Of a stretch of DNA of 47,136 bases, positions 30,542-41,859 are shown one piece after another. This DNA is from Ministeria vibrans ATCC 50519 (Eukaryota > Protista > Filasterea): positions 53,380 to 100,515 of the forward strand of contig CALSCP010000031.1 in assembly GCA_943704425.1 (NCBI GenBank), read 5' to 3'. Under the pieces are notes generated by a model. The model had not been told where the DNA came from and made no database searches. It was given only the letters and a program-made list of their open reading frames with translations. The translations under genes were made by a program, and so were the position numbers. Every line of letters starts with the position of its first letter. Position 1 is the stretch's first letter.

Positions 30542-33500
30542 CACACACACACACACAGGGCATCTCTTACCATCCTTTATACTCGTCGTACACGCCCTCA
30601 ACAAACTCGGCAAGTGTAATGGTGTGCGTGTTAGCATTGGCGAGCTTGCCCCAGCGACGCAGCCCGAGGTCCTTGCGCTTGAGGGTACCCGCCGACAGTC
30701 GTTTGTTACCGCACATGCGCACAATGTGCTCCAGTGTCCACCCTCGTGTCATGTTCAGCCCTGTGATCACAATGGGAATACCGGGAATCGCATAGTCGCG
30801 TCGAAACTCCTCGACTGTCAGCTCGTTTGCGTCGCGCACCGGAAACTCACACTTGGGTTGTCGGTTTGTATAGTTGTCCGCAATCACATCCGCCTCCATC
30901 TTGCTCTTCAGCGTGTTGCGCCACACCCGCAGAGCTGCTGCCGCGTGCTCCAGCTCGGCCGCCGCACGCACGGACTCATCCGCTAAGAAAATAGCGACAA
31001 AAAGAGAGAAGGGGAAAAGAAACAAAATGATAGAGAGTGAGTGAGTGAGTGAGTGAGAAACGAGGGAGAAAGAAACAAAGTGATAGAGAAAGGAGGGAGA
31101 AAGAAACAAAGTGATGAAGAGGGACAAAAAAAAAGTGTTCAAGCGGCATAAAAATGATTTGTATCCGTTACTCTTCTTTTCGTAGAGGGTCTTTAGCCTT
31201 TCGAAATGGTCCAGGGCATATTCCGTGATGTACGTGAGGAACCCTTTGCCACTGCGTGCCTCGACAATATCGAGAAACTCGCGATCGGTGCAGGCACCAA
31301 AGGAGCAAGAGCAGTTTGGAAGGGTTGCGACAAAATCCATGACCGCCTTGGACCAGGGTACGTTGGCGTGGCTCGCGTGCGCTGTAAGCGCCGCCTCCTT
31401 GGCTCCCTCACACGCCGCATCGTGGTTCTGCATTTGTGTGAGAAACTCCTCCTGAAACGCATCTTCGGTGGTGACACGATACTCTCGCTCCAATTCCTCC
31501 ACCGTCATATCCATGCGCTCTTTCTGGTACACCTTCTCCTCCGCCTCATTCGCATCAAACTCCTTGTACTGCTGCGACCGTTGCTTCTCGTCACGCGCAT
31601 CAAAGACCGCATTGAACACGGCACTTGTGGTCTTGTTCACTCCCAGCGACGCCAAATCCGCATGGAATTCTTCCACACTCTTCTCCGGATAGTACCGCGC
31701 CACGAAGTCCTCGGGCTTCATTCGCTCAAGCTTCTTGCGCAAAAACATTTTGTCGTCATCCGACTCGCTACGCTCCGTCTTGAGCTGCCTCTCAATGAAC
31801 TCGGCTGCATGGTAGAAGCGCAGCAGGCGCGGGTCCACATCGCGGTTGGGCAACTGATACCTATCGCTAATGGGCTCTACCATCACATTCTCAAACACTC
31901 GCGTGGCCACCTCGTGTAGTCCCATCAGCACTCCTGAAAGAGACAGTCAAAAAATCAGTAAGGAAAGAGGTTGAGTGAGAGCAAAAAAGTGTGAGTGAAT
32001 CAGTGAGTGAGTGAGGGCGTCGAGAGAATGAGAGAGAGTGTGTGTGTGAAAGCGTCAGAGAGTGTGTGAACAAGTGAAACTGAGTATTAGTTCACTTGTG
32101 TGTTAGTACCGGAACTGGCACGTCGATTGTTGGTGATACTCTGGCGTGCCTCTGACTCTTGGCTGTAGCGGTTCATCAACGAAGACAATGCCTCGCCAAA
32201 GTACGTCGTCTAAAAAAAACAGAAAAAACATTGAAAAATAGAATCGAAAACAAAAAAAAGATGAAATTTTTCTCACCTGGTCCATCCAACGGAAGGTTAC
32301 TCGTCCACGGAAGCGCAAAGCCAAGTCAGAGTACGGTTTCAAAATATCGTACGAGCGCAAAACAGGCCAAGCACGGGGACGGGGCACAACAAACATCTGA
32401 ATAGAGGAAGCGATGAACAGGGACGTGTCAGTGACCATGAAAATGACAATATCCTGAAAAATTAGGTTCTGGGGTTGGGGGGGGAGGGGAGAGATATGGT
32501 ACTTTGTGGCCTCGAGGGTAAGGAAAGGCAATCGAATCGTCGTTGCTGTCGCCGCTTGTCTCACTAAGCGTGTCGTCAAACTCCTCGATGCTCATGTCCG
32601 AGAAAAGTGGCGATGCGTTGTCCGTGAGCCATTGCTCCATCTACAGAGACGTCGGATACATTATTCGCTTGTTGGAGCGTGGTAGTGTGGTTTTCGTACT
32701 GCTTGAACGGAAAATTGGCCCTGAAGGGCAATTTTTGAGGCGGCAAGATGAACAACGGAGACGGAGGGAAGGGTGAAGTTGCGCAGGGGAGACTCCGGCT
32801 CAACGACAAGCGCGTAGGGGAGAGCGCCTGCGCGACGCTGAGCAAAGGCGGTAAACGACGCAATGTGCCGGGTGTCGTGGGGGTGGAAGTATCCCACCAC
32901 AGCGGAGATCTTGCCCTGGAGGAAGCGCGCGACGGTGTTTTCACTCTTGAGGCGGATGGGCGACGGAGAGGTGTAGAGACCGAGCGTCGCCTCAACGTCG
33001 GCGTACACAGCAAAGATGCTGCCCTTGCGACGGAGTACGCGCTTGCCCTTGTAGTACACGTCGACCAACACAATGCTGTACTTGCCGTGGTTGCGCGACG
33101 GGCCGTGGCGCGCCTCGCCGAAGTACGGCTGGACCGTGGCAAAGATGAACTTCTCTTCGATACAGTTGACGGTTGCAAAGTTGGCGCGATGGTGCCACTT
33201 GCGCGCCAATGGAGGAATCATACCCCCAACAATCTCTGAAGGTGCGCTCAGATGGGTGCCCGATGCATAGTACACTACAACAAGTGGCTGCTCAGCATCC
33301 GTGCGTGCGATGGTGTCCGAAAAGTTGGCCGTAGTGAGTGCGTTCACGGCCACGTCGACTTCAAGCATGTCAACCACGTCACCCACAGCGGGTGCCGGCT
33401 CATAAAATCCACCATTGTTTGTCACATGCACGTTTGCCGCCGAGGGTTTTGACGACGACGATGAAGGCGAAGAAGACTCTTCCTTTGCTTCGACGTCCTT

Positions 33501-34388
33501 GTCCTTCGGTGCTGACACTGCCTCGCTCGCCTGTTTTGCTGTCGCACCTTCTACTTCCACCTCTTGTGGCGTACCGCCCGTTGAAGCACACGGTGCTTGG
33601 TCCGGTCCACCACACGAGCCGGCCGGTGCGACGGTGTCGTCTCCAACTGCAAATCAACATGATGATTGTGTGTGAGTGTCAGTTGCGGCCCGAGGCACAC
33701 GGTGTACCTTGCTCAGGCATGTTGTGGATAACGTTCTCCAATTCATCCTTGCACAAGACCCCATCGGCATTCACATCGTAACGCTCAAACGTTTCCCTAC
33801 AATGCAACATGACAGAACTTGACAAAAATGACAGGAACGCATTTCTCGAGGGATTGCCGCAACGCATGGCCAAACGCCGCCAACACACCCACGTGAGTGA
33901 CGACACTTGGCCTTAGGGAGGAAAGGAAAGCGCGGTTGGGGCACACTGCGAGGGATTGCGTATTGTGGTAACACTCAACACGGAAAAAAATGAAAAAAAA
34001 CGACAAGTGCAATCAAGAAGCGCCAACGCAGACGGAGGAGCCCCCTGGTACACGGCGGTGAACCACTCAAAGACAACACGCAGATAGACGGAGAGAGGCG
34101 GGAGGGAAACAGGCCGTATTGGGTGTTGTGGCGGAGAGGAGTGCCCGAGAGCAAACACGCACTAAGGATCGCGCTTACTTGAGATGCTTTTCGTCGAAGA
34201 GGTCGGCGTTTTTCTCTTTCATGACGACACGCAAGTCATCGATGGTGACTGCTCGACCTAAACCCCGGCAAACGAAAGAGGTGAGCGAGAGAGATGGCGG
34301 GAAATAAGTTCAAACCTGCACCGCAAGTGGACGCAGCAGAACCCAGTGCAATCAGTGCCAGACACAATGTCAGTGCGAGTATTCTCAT
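29213..34388 (-). CDS. Signal peptide + EF-hand region + redox-inactive thioredoxin/PDI-like domains + JmjC (cupin_8) oxygenase, one multi-exon gene
   Basis: All exons join in frame through GT-AG sites. Signal peptide MRILALTLCLALIALGSAA. EF-hand HLK|ETFERYDVNADGVLCKDEL. Trx-like VNALTTANFSDTI..VVVYYAS..FATVNC and QA|MEQWLTDNASPLF. JmjC ELTVEEFRRDY..PIVITG..YLHDWSLP..WPSLFIGAKDTTTALHTDSG..LSGKKLWRVF..|EAGQLVFIPGGVPHAVYN..SIAHNY. Confidence 0.82.
30276..30556. repeat. Array of the 20-bp TCTCTCTATCACTTTGTTTC unit plus (CT)n/(CA)n, intronic
   Basis: Reverse complement of the unit at 7.4 kb. Confidence 0.95.
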
Positions 34389-34550
34389 GTCACTCGAGGG
34401 ACAAGATGAAAAAAATAAGTAAAATTTATAAGTAAATTTTATCAATCAGTCAATGTGATCACTTGAGTGTTTTAAAGGGACATGAACTTGCGATCATAAT
34501 TATACTAAGACACTCTCAGACTGCCGAGTCGCCTCCAAAATGGTCTTTAT

Positions 34551-35335
34551 TTACAAGTCTTCGTGCTTCTCCTCTGCACTAGCGTCAGCCGCCATTTCAG
34601 CCGCAATATCGGCCGACATGAGAGCCATTTCGATCTCCGCAACGTCTACAGAAAAAGAAGCGTTTCAGTGGAAATATGGGGAGCTTTGGGAGGTGGGGAG
34701 GGACGGACCATCGTCGAGCGCCTTGAGGCCCTCAATCAGCTCGATTTGACTCAAGATCCCATCAGAGTCCTTATCGTATTTGTCGAAGAAAGGCCTAAAC
34801 ACAATGGGAAACAATCATCGCTGATTAGCCGTTATTTGCGGATCCACAGCTTATCCAAGGCAACACAAGTGCAACAAGATGCTCCAATCATAGTATGGGC
34901 GAGTAAGAGACCCGCAAACAGTCGACTGTGGGCGTTGAGGGTACACAAGAGAACGCACACAAAATAAACAGTATATGCAAAGGAAGCAGTCGCATACAAC
35001 GACTTCCGCCCAATGCATAGCGTTGGATTGGGCATGTCGATAGGGAATGGACGGTGAGGGTCAAGAGAGAGCACGGCGGCGCACGAGCAAATGAGAGAGG
35101 AGCACGTACTTGACCACCGCCTCGGTCGCTGTGACGTCGTCGGGGAGACGCGTGCCGACGATCGTGACAAACTGGTCAAGGGGGACCTCTGCAGAGGCAA
35201 TGAGCGTCGCGTAAGAAAGGGGGTGAGAGTGAGTGAAGAAGTTTTTGCTTCTTTTTTGAAGGTTTTCGTACGAATCTGGCTGTAGGCAACGGCGATCAGA
35301 GCGAAAAGGGTGATGGCAACAACAGTAGCACGCAT
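34551..35335 (-). CDS. Small ER-luminal EF-hand protein, 4 exons, C-terminal HEDL
   Basis: Signal peptide MRATVVAITLFALIAVAYS. Spliced ..TEAVVK|PFFDKYDKDSDGILSQIELIEGL..|DVAEIEM..EEKHEDL*. Confidence 0.8.
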
Positions 35336-35443
35336 AGTAAATGTTAATGTGTGTGTGAATGGACAAGTGCAAAAAAAGGTGAAAATAAATTGAATTTAGT
35401 ATTGATTACTAATTTTTTTTTGTTTCCTGATTCCTTCTTAAAC

Positions 35444-36912
35444 ATGTCTGAACCCGATAATACATCGCAAGCAAGAGAAGGGAATGAAGTGTTCAAAGTG
35501 GCACTAACAGGAGGTATATGTTACCTTTTCGACCAAAACATATAATTATAATATTATAAAAAAAAAAGACAAAGGAATGTTTAACACTTTGGAGTGGCAG
35601 GTCCGTGTGCAGGCAAGACATCGTGCATGGCGGTGCTCACGGACTACTTTGAGAAGCGTGGCTGGAAGGTGTACCGGGTGCCCGAGACGGCGAGCATTCT
35701 TCTGGGCGGCGGCGTTCTCTTTCCCGAGATGAACGAAGCACAACAGGATGACTTCCAGGTACGCTTGCGGCTCGTGTGTGGCCCTGGCGCCGCTGTTCGC
35801 CGCGCCTGCTGCGACAACCGTCTATTGTTGGCTTACGGTGGATGTCGCATGCTGCATTGCTCACCTGCGTATGTCCGTTCAACCCATTTTTCGTTTTGTG
35901 TGACAGGAGCAACTGTTGTTGATGATGATGAAACTGGAGGACACCTACACACGTTTGGGCGAGCTCAGCGACATGCACAACAAGACGATTGTGATTTGCG
36001 ACCGGGGCACGATGGACTGCTGCGCATACACCCGTCCGGCGTACTGGTCTGACATTCTGGCGCGTCACAAGCTGACCAACGTTGAGTTGCGCGACGCTCG
36101 CTACGACTGTGTCATTCACCTGGTGACGGCCGCCTATGGCGCCGAGTCCTTTTACACCGTTGACAACAACGCAGTGCGCCTCGAGGGCATATCGCTGGCA
36201 CGCGAACTCGACGACAAAGTTGCAAATGTACGAAAATGTGCATATGCAATGCCATACGCACATGCAATGCAATCGTGTGTTAACATGTTTTATGTATTGT
36301 GCAGAACTGGCTGGGTCATCCGTACATGACGCGAATTGACAATGCAACGGGATTTGCAGAGAAGATGCAGCGTGTGGTGGAAGCGATCAGCAAACACCTG
36401 AGTGTTGACGAAGGGGAACGCGCCGACGCACAGACACCCGCCAAGAAACACAAATTCATCGTCACCAAATGGCCCGAAGTCAGATATATCATATATATGC
36501 GTGGGTGGGTTTTTTTTGTTGTTGTTGACAATCGTGTGATAGGAATTTCCTGTGCCAGTGCGTGACTTTGATGTGGTGCATGACTATCTGAGCACTCAGG
36601 CGACCAATGAACAGGCGCGCATCAGACGGAGAGGCGAACACGGTACGGTCATAGAGAGTACCTGGTTGTTTCTCACTTTGTTATTTGTTTCTATTTGTTT
36701 TTATAATAATATTTATCCATCTCTCTATTAATTATCAATTTATCTATCTAACTATATATCTTTGTCTATCTATTTATCTGTATGTGATTGCTATGTGTGT
36801 AGGATCTTATAGCTACACTCACACTGTGCGTCGAGTGATCAACGATGAAAATGTCGAAGTGCGTCGTTCTATTCGCGGAAGAGAGTATCTCGTACGAAGA
36901 AGAAACACACAC

Positions 36913-36943
<31 letters not shown>

Positions 36944-37501
36944 GTTATGTATTCGATTGTTCTGACTGTGTGGGGTCGCGTGTAGTCTCTGCTGGCCCAG
37001 CGTGACCCTATGCGCGCGTCGTGCACTAAAACTCGCCGTTGTTTCTACTACAACGGTCTTTACTATCAGGTAAGACCCTCACCACACGCACACACAAGTA
37101 CGCTCACTTATCAATTGTTTATTCTCACTGGCTTTAGTTGGACATATTCAAGGTAAAAATATGCAGACACAGCATCCCTCTCTCTCTCTACACTTTGTTT
37201 CTCTCTATTTCTATCACTTTGCTCTCTCTTCCCCCTTCTCCTCTTTCAATCATTTTGTTTCTTTCTCCCTCCTCTCTCTCTCTCTCTTTAGGCGCCTGAG
37301 TGGTGCACTGGGTTGGCTATGCTAGAGGTGTACACACACCAGGCAGACGCTCTTCTCATTCCAGACTTTCTTGAGGTACCCATCGCTTTTTCTTTCTTTT
37401 TTTTCCATCTCCTGTCTGATTACACTCGTTGTTAGGTGAAGGAGGAGGTGACAGGCGTCGAGTCCTATTCCATGTTCAATCTATGTCGTGTGCGCATATA
37501 A
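35444..37501 (+). CDS. Ttd14: TTD14-like P-loop NTPase (AAA_28/NadR-like) + CYTH domain
   Basis: KVALTG|GPCAGKT..VYRVPETA; VICDRGTMD; RDARYDCVIHLVTAA; WLGHP..IDN. CYTH part HKFIV..QARIRRRG..YTHTVR..KTRRCFYY..LDIF..MLEVY..IPDFL..EVTG..YSMFNL. Confidence 0.88.
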
Positions 37502-37570
37502 AATTTTCAAACCAAACGAGACAAAAAAGAAAATTATTGCAGTTTGTTTACACAGAGAACACAATCCAAT

Positions 37571-40500
37571 TCAATTGGACCCCAACTCAATGGACGACCC
37601 AAACTTCTCCTTGAGCTTCTGACGCAACTGGTCCATCTCAGCCGAAATGGCGCTGCTCTGTTTGGCCAGATTCGCAATGTCCGCCTCGACCTTAGCCTTC
37701 TCCGCCTCAACGCGCTCTGTCGCGTCGTCCACCGACAGCGCCACATAGACGCCGCCCACCTTGAAGGGCACAGTGTCGCCGTCGACCATGAGCATCTCGT
37801 CGCACGCATCTTGCACGTTCTGCAACTCTTTCTGTGTTGTGTGTGTGAGAGACAGACACACAATGAGAGTGAGCAAAAAAAAAAAAGTAAAAAAAAAAAA
37901 AAGAAAAAAGAAGGNNNNNNNNNNNNNNNNNNNNNNNNNNNNNNNNNNNNNNNNNNNNNNNNNNNNNNNNNNNNNNNNNNNNNNNNNNNNNNNNNNNNNN
38001 NNNNNNNNNNNNNNNNNNNNNNNNNNNNNNNNNNNNNNNNNNNNNNNNNNNNNNNNNNNNNNNNNNNNNNNNNNNNNNNNNNNNNNNNNNNNNNNNNNNN
38101 NNNNNNNNNNNNNNNNNNNNNNNNNNNNNNNNNNNNNNNNNNNNNNNNNNNNNNNNNNNNNNNNNNNNNNNNNNNNNNNNNNNNNNNNNNNNNNNNNNNN
38201 NNNNNNNNNNNNNNNNNNNNNNNNNNGCATGGACGAGGAAGCCCTCATTGACGGCGCCCATTTTGCCGAGGTGTCCGTCCGATGGGCTGACTCAGCCCTC
38301 ACTTGCACACTCAAACTCAAACCGCACTCCATTCTCGTTCGCGTCCCGCAAAAGCCCGAAGTCCAGGTACGCACCATTGGTGTTGGGATGATACATGTCG
38401 ACCGCGATTGGCTGGTGACATGCGCTTGGCGTTTTCGCGCGTAGTGGGCGTATCGTGATGTGATTCAGTGTGCGCTGGAGGAAACGTCGGCCGGCCGTCG
38501 CACGCTCGTGTTGACGCTGTTCCAACGCCACACCGACTGGTTTCGCGGCGGCGATGGCTTCTTGGAGGAGAAGCGCTTTACCGTCGACGGCAACACCTCG
38601 TCGATGCAGCGCTGGGTGGCCGTTGTGCGCCAACGAGCGTGTATTCCCGCCCAACGCAAACACATCCTGGTCATCTTGAACCCCATCTCGGGCGGCGGGA
38701 AGAGCGTCGACTGTCTACGCAAGCAGCTGGCGCCTCTGATTGTCGCGTCGGGCCATGCCTACGAACTCGTCCAGTGTGCGTACGCGGGTAAAGCACAGAC
38801 ACGCACACACATTTACATTCACACTCACTCACTCACAAACAACAACACTCACTTTTTCTTCCTGTTTTTTCTTTTCTTTTTCTTCTTTGTTTTCAGGCCA
38901 TGCGTATGATGCAGCTCAGCAAATGAAACTGTCGCACATTGACTGCATTGTCAGCATTGGCGGAGACGGCCTGTGGAACGAGGTGTGCAACGGGTTGCAC
39001 GACCGCGCAGACGGTTGGTACACGCAGCAGGAGTATGGTGAGCGACCGCGCATTTGTGTGATACCGACAGGCACACAGAATGCGATTGCGGCGAGTGTTG
39101 GGGTGCGCGACGTGTGGATGGCATGTCTGGTGGTAGTCAAGGGAGACTCGTGTGCGATGGACGGAGTGCGTGCGCTGCCGGAGCAACTGGAGGCACACGA
39201 GCGCGAAGGGTACGGCAGTGCGCAGGAGACAGCGTCGCGTTTGGGCGCGTCTGTGCTTTGGGGCACACTCAGTGATATTCTGGCGGACACGGCGGGCCAT
39301 CGATGGATGGGCTTGGCGCGCTACGGCGTGTGCGGCGCACGTCGTCTCGTGCGTGGCATTCGTCAGTACCGCTCGCTCGTTTCCTTTGTGCCCGTGAGTG
39401 GTCACGAGGAGACTCTGTGTGTGCGCGGAGACGGACTTGACTGCCGTGCGTGCGCGCTTGCTGAGGAGCGCACGAACACACTCACACAGGCAAGCGCAAC
39501 GGGACAATCAAGTGCGAGCAGCACGACATCCAAGGACCGACCGACAGACGAGGCACTGGAGCGACTATTGTGCGAGCAGTCGCGCGTAACCATCGACACG
39601 CCCCTTGCCATGGTGCTCATTGGAGCGTTCCCTGCGCGCACTACCGACTCTCGCTCCGCACGAGCCTTCCCCTACGCCCACATGTCGGACGGACTGCTTG
39701 ACGTGGTCATTGTGCGTCCTTGCTCCGCCCCACAGTTTTTGCGCTTTCTCGTGCTCACTGCGCTCACAGGTCGCTCGCAACTCGACCTGCCATACGTCGA
39801 ACACTACAAGACGCGCGAGATCCTTGTGGAGCGCCACAAGAGCTGTATCGATGTGCCCTTTGGCGTTGACGGCGAGCTGGCACATCCGCCTGGTTCGCTC
39901 CTCATGCGTGTTGTGCCGCGGGCCTTCAAACTGGGCACGCCCCATGCGCGCTGGGCCGACGCGACAGACCGCGCTCAGGGCAACGGCAGTGGCGGCCCTT
40001 CGTCGTTTTTTGACCGTGTCTTCTCTTGCCTTCCCTGTTGTCATTAATGTATACTAACGTACGTCGTTACGTGTCATTCTTTTTGACTTTTGCTTAGTGT
40101 GCGAGGGTGTTTGAGAATTGAGAGAAGTTTTATTTCACATGAGGGAGGGAGGGAGAGAGAGAGAGGGCGCGAGAGGAGGATCAAGCGGCGTAGTCAGGGA
40201 AGGCATCCTTGAGCGAGTGCTTTGGGTGCTTGTTCATGTGCTCCTGAAGACCCGGGAGCTTGGTGGTGCACAGGAAGGTCTGGCGGCAGATGGTGCATTG
40301 CATCGACTTGGCAGCTTCGTTTGCCTGGCAGAGTGAGAGGGAGAGAGAGAGAAAGTCAAAGAGACAAAGACAGATTGAGCATTCTGATATCTTGTGCAAT
40401 GAAATGACTTTTAAAAAAGCCAGTAAAAAGGCGCAAAGGCACAACTTGGAGGGTGGGTATTGTCACTGGTATCGGTGATGGAGGGTGACTCTGTAAGTGA

Positions 40501-40918
40501 GAGGAGTCTCGTGCAGCAGAAAAAGAAGTACAAAAAAAAAAAAGTAAAAAAAAAAAAAAGTAAAAAGAAGGGCAAAGGAACGGACCTCCAGGAGTTTTCT
40601 GTCCTCTTCAAGCCAGTCACGACGCATGTTGAGGCCACCAAAGGTGTTGATGAGCTTCTGGTCGTCGAATTGCACCTCGGCGTCCACCTACGGTCGGGTG
40701 AGGACCAAACGCCACTTCAATGCACTCTTACCTCGTCTTCAGGCGCAAGCTACATCCACACAGTGGAGCGGGGGTGGCACGGCATGAGAGGAAGAGACAA
40801 GAGCGTGCGTAAGCGCTTGTGACTCAAAAGATCATCATTGAAACGAAAAGAGAGAAAGAGAGAAACAGTATGCGCAGTACACGCTGCACGCTGTTGATGG
40901 GCTTGTAGTTCTTACCAT
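37571..40918 (-). CDS. PFDN4: Prefoldin subunit 4 (exons: ATG about 40918, 40732-40749, 40586-40687, 37571-37831)
   Basis: EVQFDDQKLINTF..KLLE|KELQNVQDACDEML..PFKVG..MDQLRQKLKEKFGSSIEL matches PFDN4 spacing across the phase-0 join. The first exon(s) are less certain. Confidence 0.88.
37915..38226. other. Assembly gap
   Basis: N run. Confidence 1.
38229..40047 (+). CDS. CERK: Ceramide/sphingosine kinase (DAGK-cat family) with PH-like N-terminus
   Basis: ILNPISGGGK; AG|HA; SIGGDGLWNEVCNGL; IPTGTQNAIA; RWMGLARY; Cys motif CVRGDGLDCRAC; AHMSDGLLDVVIV; VDGE. Confidence 0.8.
40181..40327 (-). CDS. 3' exon of a small At2g23090/ZNF706-like C2H2 zinc-finger protein; 5' exon not found
   Basis: ANEAAKSMQCTICRQTFLCTTKLPGLQEHMNKHPKHSLKDAFPDYAA* follows a polypyrimidine-CAG acceptor. 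Confidence 0.8.
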   Translation of the reverse strand, partial: QANEAAKSMQCTICRQTFLCTTKLPGLQEHMNKHPKHSLKDAFPDYAA

Positions 40919-41097
40919 TGTACAAGTAAAAGTAATAGAATAATCAATAAGACGTTATTACTTATAACTTATTAGTTTCGTAAGTTAATCCTGCATCCAG
41001 AATCAGTCATCTTTAATCTTTTCGGTTTCCTCTTCAGACTTCAGTTGAAATCTGAGTGTCTCTCCCGCCGAGTACTCCCTTCCACAGTCTTTGTGAC

Positions 41098-41795
<698 letters not shown>

Positions 41796-41859
41796 GACCG
41801 TGTCGTAACACTTTGAGTCCGCTCTTCACCTTTTCGTTTCTTCTTTTTTCTTTCTGCAG

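Noticed and set aside
33800-34176. Extra exons with GC-AG introns in the JmjC gene
   Set aside because: A single GT-AG intron gives a clean in-frame junction (HLK|ETFERYD), so no extra exons are needed.
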